Assembly: GCA_965197585.1 (NCBI GenBank) | Contig: OZ240215.1 | Location: forward strand, 3,168,001 to 3,232,000 | DNA from: Dehalococcoidia bacterium | GTDB taxonomy: Bacteria; Chloroflexota; Dehalococcoidia; Plut-88900 | Length of the DNA: 64,000 nt | Direction: 5' to 3' | Part shown: piece by piece, positions 17,008 to 30,037 of the stretch | How the letters are laid out: every line of letters starts with the position of its first letter | Position numbering within the stretch: the first letter of the stretch is position 1 | Notes under the pieces: generated by a model | Seen by the model: the letters and a program-made list of their open reading frames with translations, nothing else | Databases searched by the model: none | What the model was told of the DNA's origin: nothing | Position numbers and translations under genes: made by a program

Positions 17008-17103
17008 TGGCGGAAGCGGGGGGATTCGAACCCACCGAGACCTGTATCGAACACGTCTAACCGTTTTTAAGACAGCCGCAATAAACCTCTCTGCCACACT
17101 TCC
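17008..17103 (-). tRNA. tRNA with a serine-type body and a TAA (Leu) anticodon; possibly a tRNA-Ser(TGA) pseudogene
   Basis: Acceptor GGAAGTG/CGCTTCC, G73, encoded CCA, long variable arm, anticodon arm GCTGT-CTTAAAA-ACGGT; one T-stem mismatch. Confidence 0.8.
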
Positions 17104-17368
17104 ATCGTCACGAGCAGGAAAATAGGGGAAGACATCCACTCTGCCACATACCTGCCCCTCGATGGTACGGGGCCCGTCACGAGTAGTAAATACTTCTGTG
17201 TCCACCTGTGCCAAATCGTATATAACTCCCAAAATTCCCCCCCTGATCAATCATACAGGCACGGACTCAATCAGAAACAATCAACACTCGGAGCTAGCGA
17301 TAGGCCGCACACCTAGGGATGGTCTGAGCAAGTGGGTGGTTGGCTAAGAGGACGGAGAAGGGAGGGAA

Positions 17369-17395
17369 GGATTCCTGCCTCCGCAGGAATGACGG
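17369..17395. repeat. REP-like palindrome in reverse orientation
   Basis: ggattcctgcctccgcaggaatgacgg. Confidence 0.75.
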
Positions 17396-17601
17396 CTGAG
17401 GTGGATATGACGGAAGAAAGTGGTGTCGATGACTTGTCCAGAGGTTTCCTGGCTTGCCTGTATTCCCCACCACGCCCCACTGCATACAATGTCCCATGTC
17501 CTTGCTCACCCCCTTTCTTCTACCCCCGGAACCGCAATCCGCGCGCCTAAACTATCCCGCAACGCTTGGGGAATTCCATTATTCTCAACGAGTACACCCG
17601 T

Positions 17602-17630
17602 TTGACATGTGCGTTATCCCTCCCTATAAT
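17602..17630 (+). promoter_or_regulatory. Consensus sigma70 promoter upstream of pyrG
   Basis: TTGACA-N17-TATAAT. Confidence 0.85.
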
Positions 17631-17636
17631 CCCGAC

Positions 17637-19538
<1,902 letters not shown>

Positions 19539-19582
19539 CAAGGTGACTTTACAGTTAGTTTACAATATATGGTGATGCAGCT

Positions 19583-20233
19583 ATGCAGATTTGGCTTGAC
19601 ACCGCAGACATAGAAGAGATTCGGGAAGCCTCCAAGTTCGGCGTCATCTCCGGCGTGACCACTAACCCCTCCCTCGCCGCGAAGGCCGGGCATCTGGACT
19701 TGCGCGCCGCCGTTATCGAAATCTGTTCCCTGGTCGACGGCCCGGTCAACGCCGAGGTACTCAGCCTCAACGCCCAGGACATGATCGAAGAAGGACGAGA
19801 GATTGCCACCTGGGCTCCCAACGTCGTGGTGAAAGTCCCCATCGGGGAAGAAGGCCTGCAGGTCATCTCCGTACTCTCCGGCGAGGGCATAGCCGTGAAC
19901 CAGACCCTCACCTTCTCCATCAACCAGGCCCTCCTCGGGGCCCTGGCCGGCGCAACCTATATAAGCCCCTTCGTCGGCAGGCTAGATGATGCGGGGAACG
20001 ACGGCATGACCGTAGTCTCCGAAATGGTCGAGGTCTTCGAAAAGCACGACCTCAAAGCCAAAGTCTTGGCCGCAAGCCTCCGACACCCTCAGCACGTAGT
20101 CCAGGCCGCTCTTGCCGGCGCCCATATTTCGACCCTCCCCTACAAAGTCTTCAAGCAGATGTTCCAACATCCCCTAACCGATGTCGGTCTGAAACGTTTT
20201 ATAGATGACTGGCGCGGCCTTGTCCGAGTCTAA
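19583..20233 (+). CDS. tal: Transaldolase / fructose-6-phosphate aldolase (short form)
   Basis: LDTA, GVTTNPSL, VVKVP, SPFVGRLDD and AASLRH motifs. Confidence 0.93.
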   Translation: MQIWLDTADIEEIREASKFGVISGVTTNPSLAAKAGHLDLRAAVIEICSLVDGPVNAEVLSLNAQDMIEEGREIATWAPNVVVKVPIGEEGLQVISVLSGEGIAVNQTLTFSINQALLGALAGATYISPFVGRLDDAGNDGMTVVSEMVEVFEKHDLKAKVLAASLRHPQHVVQAALAGAHISTLPYKVFKQMFQHPLTDVGLKRFIDDWRGLVRV

Positions 20234-20278
20234 CCCCCAGATCACCCCAGCCTTCACCCCCTTCCATTCGAGGACCCC

Positions 20279-21595
<1,317 letters not shown>

Positions 21596-21613
21596 CCCCG
21601 AACCACCCCCCAT

Positions 21614-21645
21614 CCGTCATTCCGGCCCCCGAGCCGGAATCCATC
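21614..21645. repeat. REP-like palindrome
   Basis: ccgtcattccggcccccgagccggaatccatc. Confidence 0.8.
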
Positions 21646-22128
21646 TTAGTGCAGCGTGTTCCTATGCTAAAGAGATGGCTCGCCTATCACCCCCACTCTT
21701 TCCCTGCATACCCCCGCCCCTACGTCCACCCCACTCCCACGCTCCCACCTTACTCTCTACTCCCCCACCCTCTCCGGACCTGGAGCCCACCCAGATCTCC
21801 CTGTGACACGAGCCCCTTGCCCTACTTCCCACCTCCCCTGTATGGTCTCTCTATGGCCTATTTGACTATTCCCATGTTTCCGGCCCCTTTCCTTCATGAG
21901 TCCTCCCTCTCCATCAACCCAAACTCCCCGAAACATGGAACAATCAGAATTCGTGCCTGTTACCCGACAACAATCAAACACAAAGCCGTTTTTTAAATTG
22001 TCCGCACCACCTGTAGTAGTTATATGTAAACTCCCCAATATGTACTGAAATAGTGCCCAACCTTGACTACCGAACGCGCAGCGGTATAGGGTGAGAGTCG
22101 CCAATTCGACAATTCACGGGAGACAAAT

Positions 22129-23769
22129 ATGGCTACAGTTAATGGAAGCTATCTGATCGCAAGGACCCTGAAGGAGGAGGGTGTCGACACCCTCTTTTAC
22201 CTCATGGGAGGCCCGAACTTCGATATCGTCATGTCCTCAGAGGACTTGGGGATAAAGAGCGTAGACTTCAGGCACGAGCAGGGAGCGGCCTACGCTGCGC
22301 ACGCCTATGCGCGGGTCTCTGGGAAGCCGGGGGTATGCACCGCTGCGTCGGGGCCCGGCACTCTGAACCTTCTGACCGGCGTATACACCGCTTCCATTGA
22401 CAATTCGCCGATGGTGGTTCTGGGTGGCGCGGGCCCCGTGCACGATATAGGCCGCGAGGCCTTCCAGGAAGTCGACCAGGTCGGCATTATGCAGCCCCTG
22501 TGTAAGTTCCTGCACAGGCCCACCATGGCCGCTCGATACCCGGAGGTTGTAAGCATGGCCTTCCGGCAGGCCACATCCGGCAGGCCGGGCCCCGTCTACA
22601 TCGACTGCGGTGCAGACGTTCTCTACGAAGAGATAGAGGAGTCGGACGCCGTCGTCCCTAGCCGATACGATAAGAGGAGCAAGCCGGGCGCCGACCCGAA
22701 CGCCGTGGCCGAAGCCGTAGACCTGCTGGGCAAGGCGGAACGCCCCATGATAATGGCGGGCGGAGGCGTCTTCTTCTCCGGCGGCAGCCCGGAGCTGGAA
22801 CGGTTCGTTGACATCACCAACATCCCCTTCTACACGGCCCCCATGTCCCGGGGCGTTGTGCCCGAGGACCATGTAGTCTCGTTCCCCGGCGCACGCAGCA
22901 CGGCGATGAGGGAGGCCGACGTTGTGCTGGTGGTCGGCACCAGGATGAACTGGATGATGAACTACGGTCAGCGTATCTCCCCCAATGCCAAGATTATCCA
23001 GATCGATATCGAGGCGAGCGAGATAGGCCACAACAGGAGCGTCGACCTCGGGATCGTGGCCGATGCGAAGGTGGCTATGGCGCAGATGGTCGCTGAGGCC
23101 GAGGCTCAGGAAGCCAATTTCGCCGGGGCCCTGGAGTCGCCTTGGGTGCTCCGTCTCAGTGAGGCGAACGACCAGCGGGCAGCAAAGATCGCCGACCTCC
23201 TCAACTCCGATAGTAGGCCTATTCACCCCCTCAGGATATGCAAGGAGATCAGGGAATTCCTGGACAGGGACGCCATCCTCTGCGTCGACGGGAACGAGAT
23301 ACTCCACTATGCCCGCCAGTCCATCCCGACATTCGAACCCGGCCACAGGCTCAATGCAGGGGTGACGGGTACCATGGGTGTGGGACTGCCCTACGGATTA
23401 GGGGCGCAGCTGGCCAAGCCCGACAAACAGGTGCTCGTCCTGCACGGGGACGGCTCTATGGGCATGAACGCCATGGAAGTGGACACGGCGGTTCGACACA
23501 ACCTCCCGGTGGTCACCGTCGTCAGCAACAACGCCGGCTGGACCGCCCGCTCTCTCGACACCCGCAAGCCGGGCCGAGAGCTCGGCTTCACCGCCTTCCA
23601 CGAGATGGCTCAGTCCCTGGGCGGGTACGGCGAGCAGGTAGAAGACCCCAACGAGCTCCGGCCCGCCCTGGAAAGGGCCTACGCCAGCGGCAAAGCGGCC
23701 GTAATCAACGTCATAGCCGATCCGTTGGCCCGGGCTATTTCCAACTGGGGTGGGTCTCGTATGGAGTAG
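22129..23769 (+). CDS. TPP-dependent enzyme (oxalyl-CoA decarboxylase / 2-hydroxyacyl-CoA lyase / ALS-like)
   Basis: FRHEQGA, SGPGTLN, GRPGPVYID and GDGSMG..NN TPP-binding motif. Confidence 0.92.
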   Translation: MATVNGSYLIARTLKEEGVDTLFYLMGGPNFDIVMSSEDLGIKSVDFRHEQGAAYAAHAYARVSGKPGVCTAASGPGTLNLLTGVYTASIDNSPMVVLGGAGPVHDIGREAFQEVDQVGIMQPLCKFLHRPTMAARYPEVVSMAFRQATSGRPGPVYIDCGADVLYEEIEESDAVVPSRYDKRSKPGADPNAVAEAVDLLGKAERPMIMAGGGVFFSGGSPELERFVDITNIPFYTAPMSRGVVPEDHVVSFPGARSTAMREADVVLVVGTRMNWMMNYGQRISPNAKIIQIDIEASEIGHNRSVDLGIVADAKVAMAQMVAEAEAQEANFAGALESPWVLRLSEANDQRAAKIADLLNSDSRPIHPLRICKEIREFLDRDAILCVDGNEILHYARQSIPTFEPGHRLNAGVTGTMGVGLPYGLGAQLAKPDKQVLVLHGDGSMGMNAMEVDTAVRHNLPVVTVVSNNAGWTARSLDTRKPGRELGFTAFHEMAQSLGGYGEQVEDPNELRPALERAYASGKAAVINVIADPLARAISNWGGSRME

Positions 23770-23810
23770 GGAACCACCCTCTCTGCACGCACCCGATAAG
23801 ACGACACTAT

Positions 23811-25112
23811 TTGAGCAAGCAGACTGGACTATCTGCCCAGCAGACCCTTGCTGCACCTGCGGCCAAGGGAATCGGCAGCGGAGATAGACGAGGCCTGCTG
23901 GCCCGGGTCCACACCTTCGACTCCCTCAAGGAGCGCAGCTATCGATGGCTGTGGCTGGGGATGCTGGGGGCCTTCGCCGGAATGCAAATGCAGATGCTGG
24001 CGCGGGGCTGGCTGGTGGTGGACAAATTGGATGGCTCGGCGCTGGACCTCGGCATCGTGACTTCCAGCAGTGGGGTGCCTCTTCTGCTCCTCTCCCTGTT
24101 CGGCGGAGTGATCAGCGACAGGTTTCCTAAACGGAACCTTCTGGTGGTAACCCAGACCTGCAACGCCATAATCGCTCTCCTGGTCGCTGTTCTTATCGTC
24201 ACTGACCTTGTGCAGATCTGGCACATGATAGTGGCGGCGGTGCTGACTGGGACGGTCTTCGCATTCAACATGCCGGGCCGCCAGAGCCTGATCCCCGAGC
24301 TGGTGAGCAAGGACAAGCTGTCGAATGCCATTGCGCTGAACGCTGCGGGGATGAATCTGAACAGGATCATCGCACCGGGGGTGGGCGGAGTTTTGGTGGC
24401 CTTCATCGGGTTGAGCGGCGTCTACTTCATCGTAGTCGGCTGTTACGCTTTCGCCGCGTTCACCATGCTGATGGTCCATCCCGTAAGACGCACAATGCAG
24501 GCGCGAACCACGTCGATCATCCAGGACCTGAAAGCCGGACTCAAGTACGCCAAGAGCGACTCCAAGATAATGAGCCTGCTGCTCCTGGCCTTGGTACCCT
24601 TGATTTTCGCCCACCCTTATCAGGCCCTGCTCCCCGTCTTTGCCAAGGATATCCTGGGAGTGGGCTCGGACGGGCTGGGTTTCCTGATGGGTGCGGTCGG
24701 AGTAGGAGCGGTGACCGGTACGCTGGCCTTGGCATCCCTGTCGAACTTCAAGAGCCGGGGCGTACTGATGGTCGCGTTGTTGGTGCTATTGGGGCTGGCG
24801 CTGATTCTGTTCTCCCAGTCTGGGAACCTGTACCTGTCCATGGGCGCGCTCTTCCTGGTGGGTGTAGGTAGCATGGGATACAACGCCCTGAACCACACGC
24901 TTCTGCTGACGACAACGACACCCGAGATGCGCGGCCGGGTCACGAGCATCTACATGACGAGCTTCGGCATCATGCCACTGGGTGTGTTCCCAATGACGGC
25001 CGCCGCCGATGTAATTGGGCCGCCGAATGCCCTGACCATTGGCGCAGCAGGACTCATATTGATTACCCTGCTGCTGGTGTTGTTGAGGCCTCAGATCCGG
25101 TCACTGAGGTGA
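23811..25112 (+). CDS. MFS transporter
   Basis: About 12 hydrophobic helices, GVISDRFPKR motif A, RGRVTS; TTG start at 23811 is more plausible than the ORF-track start. Confidence 0.9.
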   Translation: MSKQTGLSAQQTLAAPAAKGIGSGDRRGLLARVHTFDSLKERSYRWLWLGMLGAFAGMQMQMLARGWLVVDKLDGSALDLGIVTSSSGVPLLLLSLFGGVISDRFPKRNLLVVTQTCNAIIALLVAVLIVTDLVQIWHMIVAAVLTGTVFAFNMPGRQSLIPELVSKDKLSNAIALNAAGMNLNRIIAPGVGGVLVAFIGLSGVYFIVVGCYAFAAFTMLMVHPVRRTMQARTTSIIQDLKAGLKYAKSDSKIMSLLLLALVPLIFAHPYQALLPVFAKDILGVGSDGLGFLMGAVGVGAVTGTLALASLSNFKSRGVLMVALLVLLGLALILFSQSGNLYLSMGALFLVGVGSMGYNALNHTLLLTTTTPEMRGRVTSIYMTSFGIMPLGVFPMTAAADVIGPPNALTIGAAGLILITLLLVLLRPQIRSLR

Positions 25113-25116
25113 CGGG

Positions 25117-25884
25117 TCAGTCGTCCATATCGTCGTCGTCGTGGGCGGAGTGGGCCGTGGAATGGCTCAGATGAGACCCGATACTCTCCACGTGACGCCG
25201 TTCGTCCTCTTCCCTCGGTGGCAGAGCGTCGATCTCTTTACGCAGCCGGGGCAGCTCAGCGGCGTCTTCTTCCGAAGCTACGTCGACTACGATTCCGATC
25301 GCTCCCACGTGCTGGAGCGCCGAGAGTTCGCCTTCGGACAGCCCTGCCCTTACGCATACGATACTCGGTTTGCTAACGGCAGTTAGGACTGACCTGAGGG
25401 TCATAAGGTCGGTGATTTTAAGGACGTCCTGGGCCCCGTGCTCGATTAACAGGCAGTCGACGGGTACGTCTTCAAGGACGCGAAGGTGCGCCTCCTCGAT
25501 GGACGGAGAGACGGAGAGGAGCTTGGCGGAGTTTTCCTCGTTGAGAATGGATGCGGGAGAGTTGTCGGGGCTCAGGACGAAAAAGTCGCAGCCCTGCTTG
25601 GTGAGGGGTGCAATATCCTCGGAGTTGATAGAAGAGGGCTGGATGCCCCACGGCGCCGACTCGGGGAGGTTGGCCGGTAGAGGTGTCTGGTTGGCCTGGG
25701 ACACTGTCAGGATGACTGAGTCGGCGTGTTCGGCCGCATCGGGTATGGAGGGTGCCGCAGAGGAATCCAGGCGGACTATCAGCACCAGGGGCGGCACGGG
25801 GGCCGAGGTGTCGGCGGCGACGAAGCCCATGCGCCTCGGCGCGGGCTGGCCCGCCTTTTCAAGTTTGTCCAGTAGTTTGCTCAT
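25117..25884 (-). CDS. Hypothetical protein, possibly a degenerate HpcH/HpaI-like TIM barrel
   Basis: 255-aa ORF with alternating alpha/beta pattern; no catalytic motif recognised. Confidence 0.6.
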   Translation of the reverse strand: MSKLLDKLEKAGQPAPRRMGFVAADTSAPVPPLVLIVRLDSSAAPSIPDAAEHADSVILTVSQANQTPLPANLPESAPWGIQPSSINSEDIAPLTKQGCDFFVLSPDNSPASILNEENSAKLLSVSPSIEEAHLRVLEDVPVDCLLIEHGAQDVLKITDLMTLRSVLTAVSKPSIVCVRAGLSEGELSALQHVGAIGIVVDVASEEDAAELPRLRKEIDALPPREEDERRHVESIGSHLSHSTAHSAHDDDDMDD

Positions 25885-26049
25885 TTAGGGTGGCCTTCCG
25901 ATCAGGGTTTGCGTAGGTGGAACGGGTGGGTATGGTATAAGCGCGGGCGATGGGGTGTCAATCGAAAAACGGAGGAAGGAGTAGTGACCCCGGCGAGCGC
26001 TGGAACTGACTCAGGAGACTAGTTGCAGACACAATTAGAGGGAAGTCGG

Positions 26050-27147
26050 TTAGTCTGTTGCATCTTCTCTCCATTTGAGGCCCACTTTCAGCCCATTGAG
26101 AGAGCGCCAAGGCATTTTCTTTTCATGTTGAAGCCTCCCAACCACGATACCGGATGCTAGCCCTTGCTCCTTAGCAAACCGGCGGACGGAACTCGCAGAG
26201 AATGTGGAGGAAGCAACAAATGCGCGCCAGACCGGGTGAGGGATGAGGAAATTGGCTGCCCACTCGTCAGCTTCCGCATCCTCGTCCGTTGTATTCCCAT
26301 TACCTTCGTGAACGAATACGTCTCTCTTGCCGTGCAAGATGATATGAGCGGCCTCGTGGAAGAAGCTGAACCACAGCTGATCATCTCTCAAATGCCGGGC
26401 ACTTAGTTGGATTAACGCCTTTTGCGGTGTTAACCAGCGAGCCGCTCCGCTTAGTGCAGTTTTTGGGAGCGGTCTAACTATTGCCAAGGCGACTCCCGAC
26501 TGGGCACAGAGTTCTTCTGCCTCCGATAAGACTTCAACGGATTGAACGGCAGTCAGCTTTCGGATGTGGTGGAGAGTTTTCTTGAAGGTTGACTCATTGT
26601 AAGCTGCGCACTCAATCTGACCTGACTCCAATTCTCCCAGCCGAAGCCATGTGGCTAAAGCAAATTTGTCACTCTTGAAACTGGGTGAATGTCGATACGC
26701 GACCTGGGTCTTAGCGTAATTCCGTTCCCAAGAATCTACAGAGGCTACACCAAAGAAGGCGAGCAGAGCCGCGACTCCTTCTGCGGGCGATGCAGGTTCT
26801 TTTACTACGTTGCGCTTGATGAGTTCATTGATCGGAAACTTTCTTGACCAAGCAAGCCAATCTGCCGCCTTCTGCTTCTCAATTTCGCGTGTTTGGTGGA
26901 GTTGGTAGCCTGATTCGATGCCGAGCCAGATACTTGCGTCCATGCCCAGCACTTTCTCAAACTGGAGAGCGGTCCTTGGCTCGACGGGGGCCTTGCCCGA
27001 GATAATGTCACTGATCAATTTGGCGGACCTGTCGCATCGCCTGGCAAACTCGGCGTGAGACATTTCTCGTGCTTCAAGGTGTTCCTCCAGTACCTGACCA
27101 GGCGAAACCGCGTAATCCGGTTCGTACGAATATGTAACAGTCGCCAT
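26050..27147 (-). CDS. higA: HigA-family antitoxin fused to an ImmA/IrrE-like peptidase domain
   Basis: PDYAVSPGQVLEE HTH N-terminus; WFSFFHEAAHI HExxH. Confidence 0.88.
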   Translation of the reverse strand: MATVTYSYEPDYAVSPGQVLEEHLEAREMSHAEFARRCDRSAKLISDIISGKAPVEPRTALQFEKVLGMDASIWLGIESGYQLHQTREIEKQKAADWLAWSRKFPINELIKRNVVKEPASPAEGVAALLAFFGVASVDSWERNYAKTQVAYRHSPSFKSDKFALATWLRLGELESGQIECAAYNESTFKKTLHHIRKLTAVQSVEVLSEAEELCAQSGVALAIVRPLPKTALSGAARWLTPQKALIQLSARHLRDDQLWFSFFHEAAHIILHGKRDVFVHEGNGNTTDEDAEADEWAANFLIPHPVWRAFVASSTFSASSVRRFAKEQGLASGIVVGRLQHEKKMPWRSLNGLKVGLKWREDATD

Positions 27148-27160
27148 GATTTCCCCTTCG

Positions 27161-27496
27161 TTAATGATAGTCCGTGACTTCGATTATGGTGATCGCAGTC
27201 ACTTGGTCCTTATCTATTCCTCCCTCTTCATTTTCTGGGACAGGGTCGTGGTTTGGTTCGAAGAGAAGCCGTTGCGGGTGCACTAAATCCACTGCAAATT
27301 GCCCTTTTCGATTACCGGAGAGTTGATGGAGTCGCTCCGGACGACTCGTTGGTACAAGATACAAGTTACTAGCGTTCCTCAGAACAGCAAGGCGGTTCTG
27401 GATTGCACGCGCCATGTGATCTCCGTAGTTTCTCTTGATGTCCTTGCAAGAGTTGAAAACTTTCTGAAGCTTCCTGGTTCTAAAGGTGATCTCCAC
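27161..27496 (-). CDS. higB: HigB/RelE-like toxin (plasmid maintenance killer family)
   Basis: MEITF..KL..RLHQLSGNRKGQFAVDL..RLLF..DYH. Confidence 0.88.
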   Translation of the reverse strand: MEITFRTRKLQKVFNSCKDIKRNYGDHMARAIQNRLAVLRNASNLYLVPTSRPERLHQLSGNRKGQFAVDLVHPQRLLFEPNHDPVPENEEGGIDKDQVTAITIIEVTDYH

Positions 27497-27541
27497 AAGA
27501 GTACCTCGACGAAGAATATAAAACTCGCATAGGGCACCTCC

Positions 27542-27568
27542 TAATCGTTACCTATTAGGTAACGATTA
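27542..27568. promoter_or_regulatory. 13-bp perfect inverted repeat, probable HigA operator
   Basis: TAATCGTTACCTA-T-TAGGTAACGATTA just upstream of higB. Confidence 0.7.
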
Positions 27569-27721
27569 TATGTCAGGCGCCTAGAATCAGCAAGGGCGGA
27601 CATTTGATGGTGTGACTGGGAACAATCTACTTCATGCCTCATCCATCATAGGTAAAGGATGAGTGGATGCTATAATGCCCGCCTTTGGGTCGGGGGTGTG
27701 GGCTGTAGGCAAGGATCGAAC

Positions 27722-28729
27722 ATGAAACGCATCACCATCATAGGTCTCGGACTAATAGGAGGCTCTCTCGGACTGGCTCTGAAGGAGTCGGGCGTGGACG
27801 AGATTGTGGGTTGGGACGTTGCCAGGGCCTCCGCCAACCGAGCCCTCAAGATGGGAGCGATAGACAAGGCCGGTAAGAGCCTGGCCGGTTCGGTGGAGGG
27901 CGCGGATCTGGTGATCATTGCCACGCCCCTCCTTGCCATGCCGGACGTCATGCAGGAGATCGCCCCGAGCCTCAGCCACGGGTCTGTGGTGACGGACACC
28001 GGCAGCACCAAGGCAGCCGTGATGGATTGGGCCGAGACATACCTGCCGGGCGTCGACTTCGTCGGGGGCCATCCGATGGCCGGCAAGGAAGTGCCGGGCA
28101 TCGAGCATGCTGAGGCAGGCCTTTTCAAAGATGCGACATACTGCATTTGCCCGCCTCCCACTGCATCCCGTACGGCTTTCGATGCTGTAATTGAAGTAGC
28201 AAAGAGGGTGGGGGCTGTGGCCTACTTCCCCGAGCCCCGTGAACACGACGCCATGGTCGCCGCAACTAGCCACCTTCCCCTGCTAATGTCCTCAGCGCTG
28301 ATGACCCTTGCCTCATCCTCCGAGTCGTGGAGAGAGATGCGCCGCGTCGCTTCCAGCGGTTTCGCCGGGGCCACGCGTCTGGCCTCGACCGTCCCTTCGA
28401 TGAGCACGGGGATATGCGTCACCAACCGGGAAGCCATCGAACATTGGATAGACAGGTTCATCGATGAATTGCTCGGGTATAAGGCCCTGCTGGGCGCGGG
28501 TGATGAGGAGATACGGTCGGGGCTCGACAGGGCCCGCGACGCCAGGGAGAGGTGGCTTGCCGGAGAAGAACCATCGTCCGAAGAATATGGACCCAGGGTC
28601 CCGGGCGCGGGCCAGCAGATGAGGAGCATGTTCCTCGGCGAGGCTCTGGCCAAGCGGGGACGTAAGCTTATGGACCTGTACGAGCGGGGCACGGGGAAGG
28701 GCCGGGATGAGGAACGGAGGAGTCGCTAG
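27722..28729 (+). CDS. tyrA: Prephenate dehydrogenase
   Basis: IIGLGLIGGS, TDTGSTK, GGHPMAGKE and HD..VA.TSHLP motifs; AAGGA RBS before ATG at 27722. Confidence 0.93.
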   Translation: MKRITIIGLGLIGGSLGLALKESGVDEIVGWDVARASANRALKMGAIDKAGKSLAGSVEGADLVIIATPLLAMPDVMQEIAPSLSHGSVVTDTGSTKAAVMDWAETYLPGVDFVGGHPMAGKEVPGIEHAEAGLFKDATYCICPPPTASRTAFDAVIEVAKRVGAVAYFPEPREHDAMVAATSHLPLLMSSALMTLASSSESWREMRRVASSGFAGATRLASTVPSMSTGICVTNREAIEHWIDRFIDELLGYKALLGAGDEEIRSGLDRARDARERWLAGEEPSSEEYGPRVPGAGQQMRSMFLGEALAKRGRKLMDLYERGTGKGRDEERRSR

Positions 28730-28731
28730 CG

Positions 28732-30036
28732 GTGGTCTACAAAGTACAAACCGCCAAGTCGCTCGCCGGTGAGTTAGAACCGCCCGGCGATAAGAGCATC
28801 TCCCACCGGGCGGCCATGCTCGGTGGCCTCGCTCAAGGCACGACAATCGTCGACAACTTTCTGCACGGAGAAGACACCGAGGCAACGATGAACTGCCTTC
28901 GCTCCCTCGGCGTCGAAATTCACGTGGAAGATCCGAGTCCCGGCTCTAAAGGCCTCAAGCTCACCATCGCAGGGCGAGGGCGCGAGGGATTCCGGGAGTC
29001 CGAGCAGGTGCTGGACGTGCGAAACAGCGGTACCACCATGCGAATGATGTCGGGAGTGCTGGTCTCTTTCCCCTTTCTCTCCGTGCTGACCGGCGACGCC
29101 TCCCTCATACGCCGCCCCATGCGCCGGGTCATAGACCCCCTGCGGCTCATGGGCGCCGATATACAGGGCAGAGACGGGGACAAATTCCCCCCTCTCGTGA
29201 TTCGAGGTGGTGGATTGCAAGGCATTGACTACACGCTCCCGGTGGCCAGCGCCCAGGTTAAATCGGCAGTGCTCTTGGCGGGGTTGGGGGCGGATGGGCG
29301 CACCGTCGTACACCAGCCCTCGGCTACGCGGGACCACACCGAGCGGATGCTCCGAGCCATGGGCGCCGACATCTCGGTGAACGGGAACAGCGTAAGTATC
29401 GTACCGGGGCCATTGAATAGCCTTGAGATCGATGTGCCGGGGGACGCGAGCTCGGCAGCGGCCTGGTTGGTTCTGGGGGCCATCCACCCAGAGGCACGCA
29501 TCCGGCTGCGGAAAGTGGGCGTAAACCCCGGACGCATAGGCATAGTCAATGTGCTGAAATCTATGGGTGCCAGTGTCACGATGGAAGAGAAGGCGTCCGC
29601 CGTGGCCGAGCCCGTCGCTGACATCTTCATCGAGAGCAGCAGTCTCACCGGCGTCTCAATCAGAGGTGAGACCATCCCGAACGTCATTGATGAGATTCCG
29701 CTTATCGCCCTCGCAGCTACGCAGGCAGAGGGAGAGACGGAGATCCGGGACGCTGCGGAGCTGCGGGTCAAGGAGTCCGACAGGATCAGCACGACAGTAG
29801 TGGAGCTCAGAAAGCTGGGAGCGGACATAGAAGAGTTACCTGACGGAATGATCATCAGAGGCCCGACACCGCTCCAGGGTGCGTCCTGCGAAAGTCACGG
29901 CGACCATCGGCTTGCAATGACTTTGGGAGTGGCCGGATTGCTGGCCCGCGGCGAGACCATGGTTGCGGGCCACGAGTGTGTCGGGGTCTCCTACCCGGGG
30001 TTCTGGGAAGACCTGGAATCCTTGAGGGTCGGCTGA
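28732..30036 (+). CDS. aroA: EPSP synthase
   Basis: PGDKSISHRA, NSGTTMR, ASAQVKSA, ELRVKESDRI and DHRLAM motifs. Confidence 0.97.
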   Translation: MVYKVQTAKSLAGELEPPGDKSISHRAAMLGGLAQGTTIVDNFLHGEDTEATMNCLRSLGVEIHVEDPSPGSKGLKLTIAGRGREGFRESEQVLDVRNSGTTMRMMSGVLVSFPFLSVLTGDASLIRRPMRRVIDPLRLMGADIQGRDGDKFPPLVIRGGGLQGIDYTLPVASAQVKSAVLLAGLGADGRTVVHQPSATRDHTERMLRAMGADISVNGNSVSIVPGPLNSLEIDVPGDASSAAAWLVLGAIHPEARIRLRKVGVNPGRIGIVNVLKSMGASVTMEEKASAVAEPVADIFIESSSLTGVSIRGETIPNVIDEIPLIALAATQAEGETEIRDAAELRVKESDRISTTVVELRKLGADIEELPDGMIIRGPTPLQGASCESHGDHRLAMTLGVAGLLARGETMVAGHECVGVSYPGFWEDLESLRVG

Positions 30037-30037
30037 C

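Noticed and set aside
23238-23810. 624-aa ORF suggesting an N-terminally extended MFS protein
   Set aside because: The extension overlaps the TPP enzyme in another frame and reads as GC shadow sequence; the real start is about 23811
26050-27496. HigA fused to a peptidase domain as a novel system
   Set aside because: This HigB plus HigA-ImmA/IrrE architecture is already widely annotated
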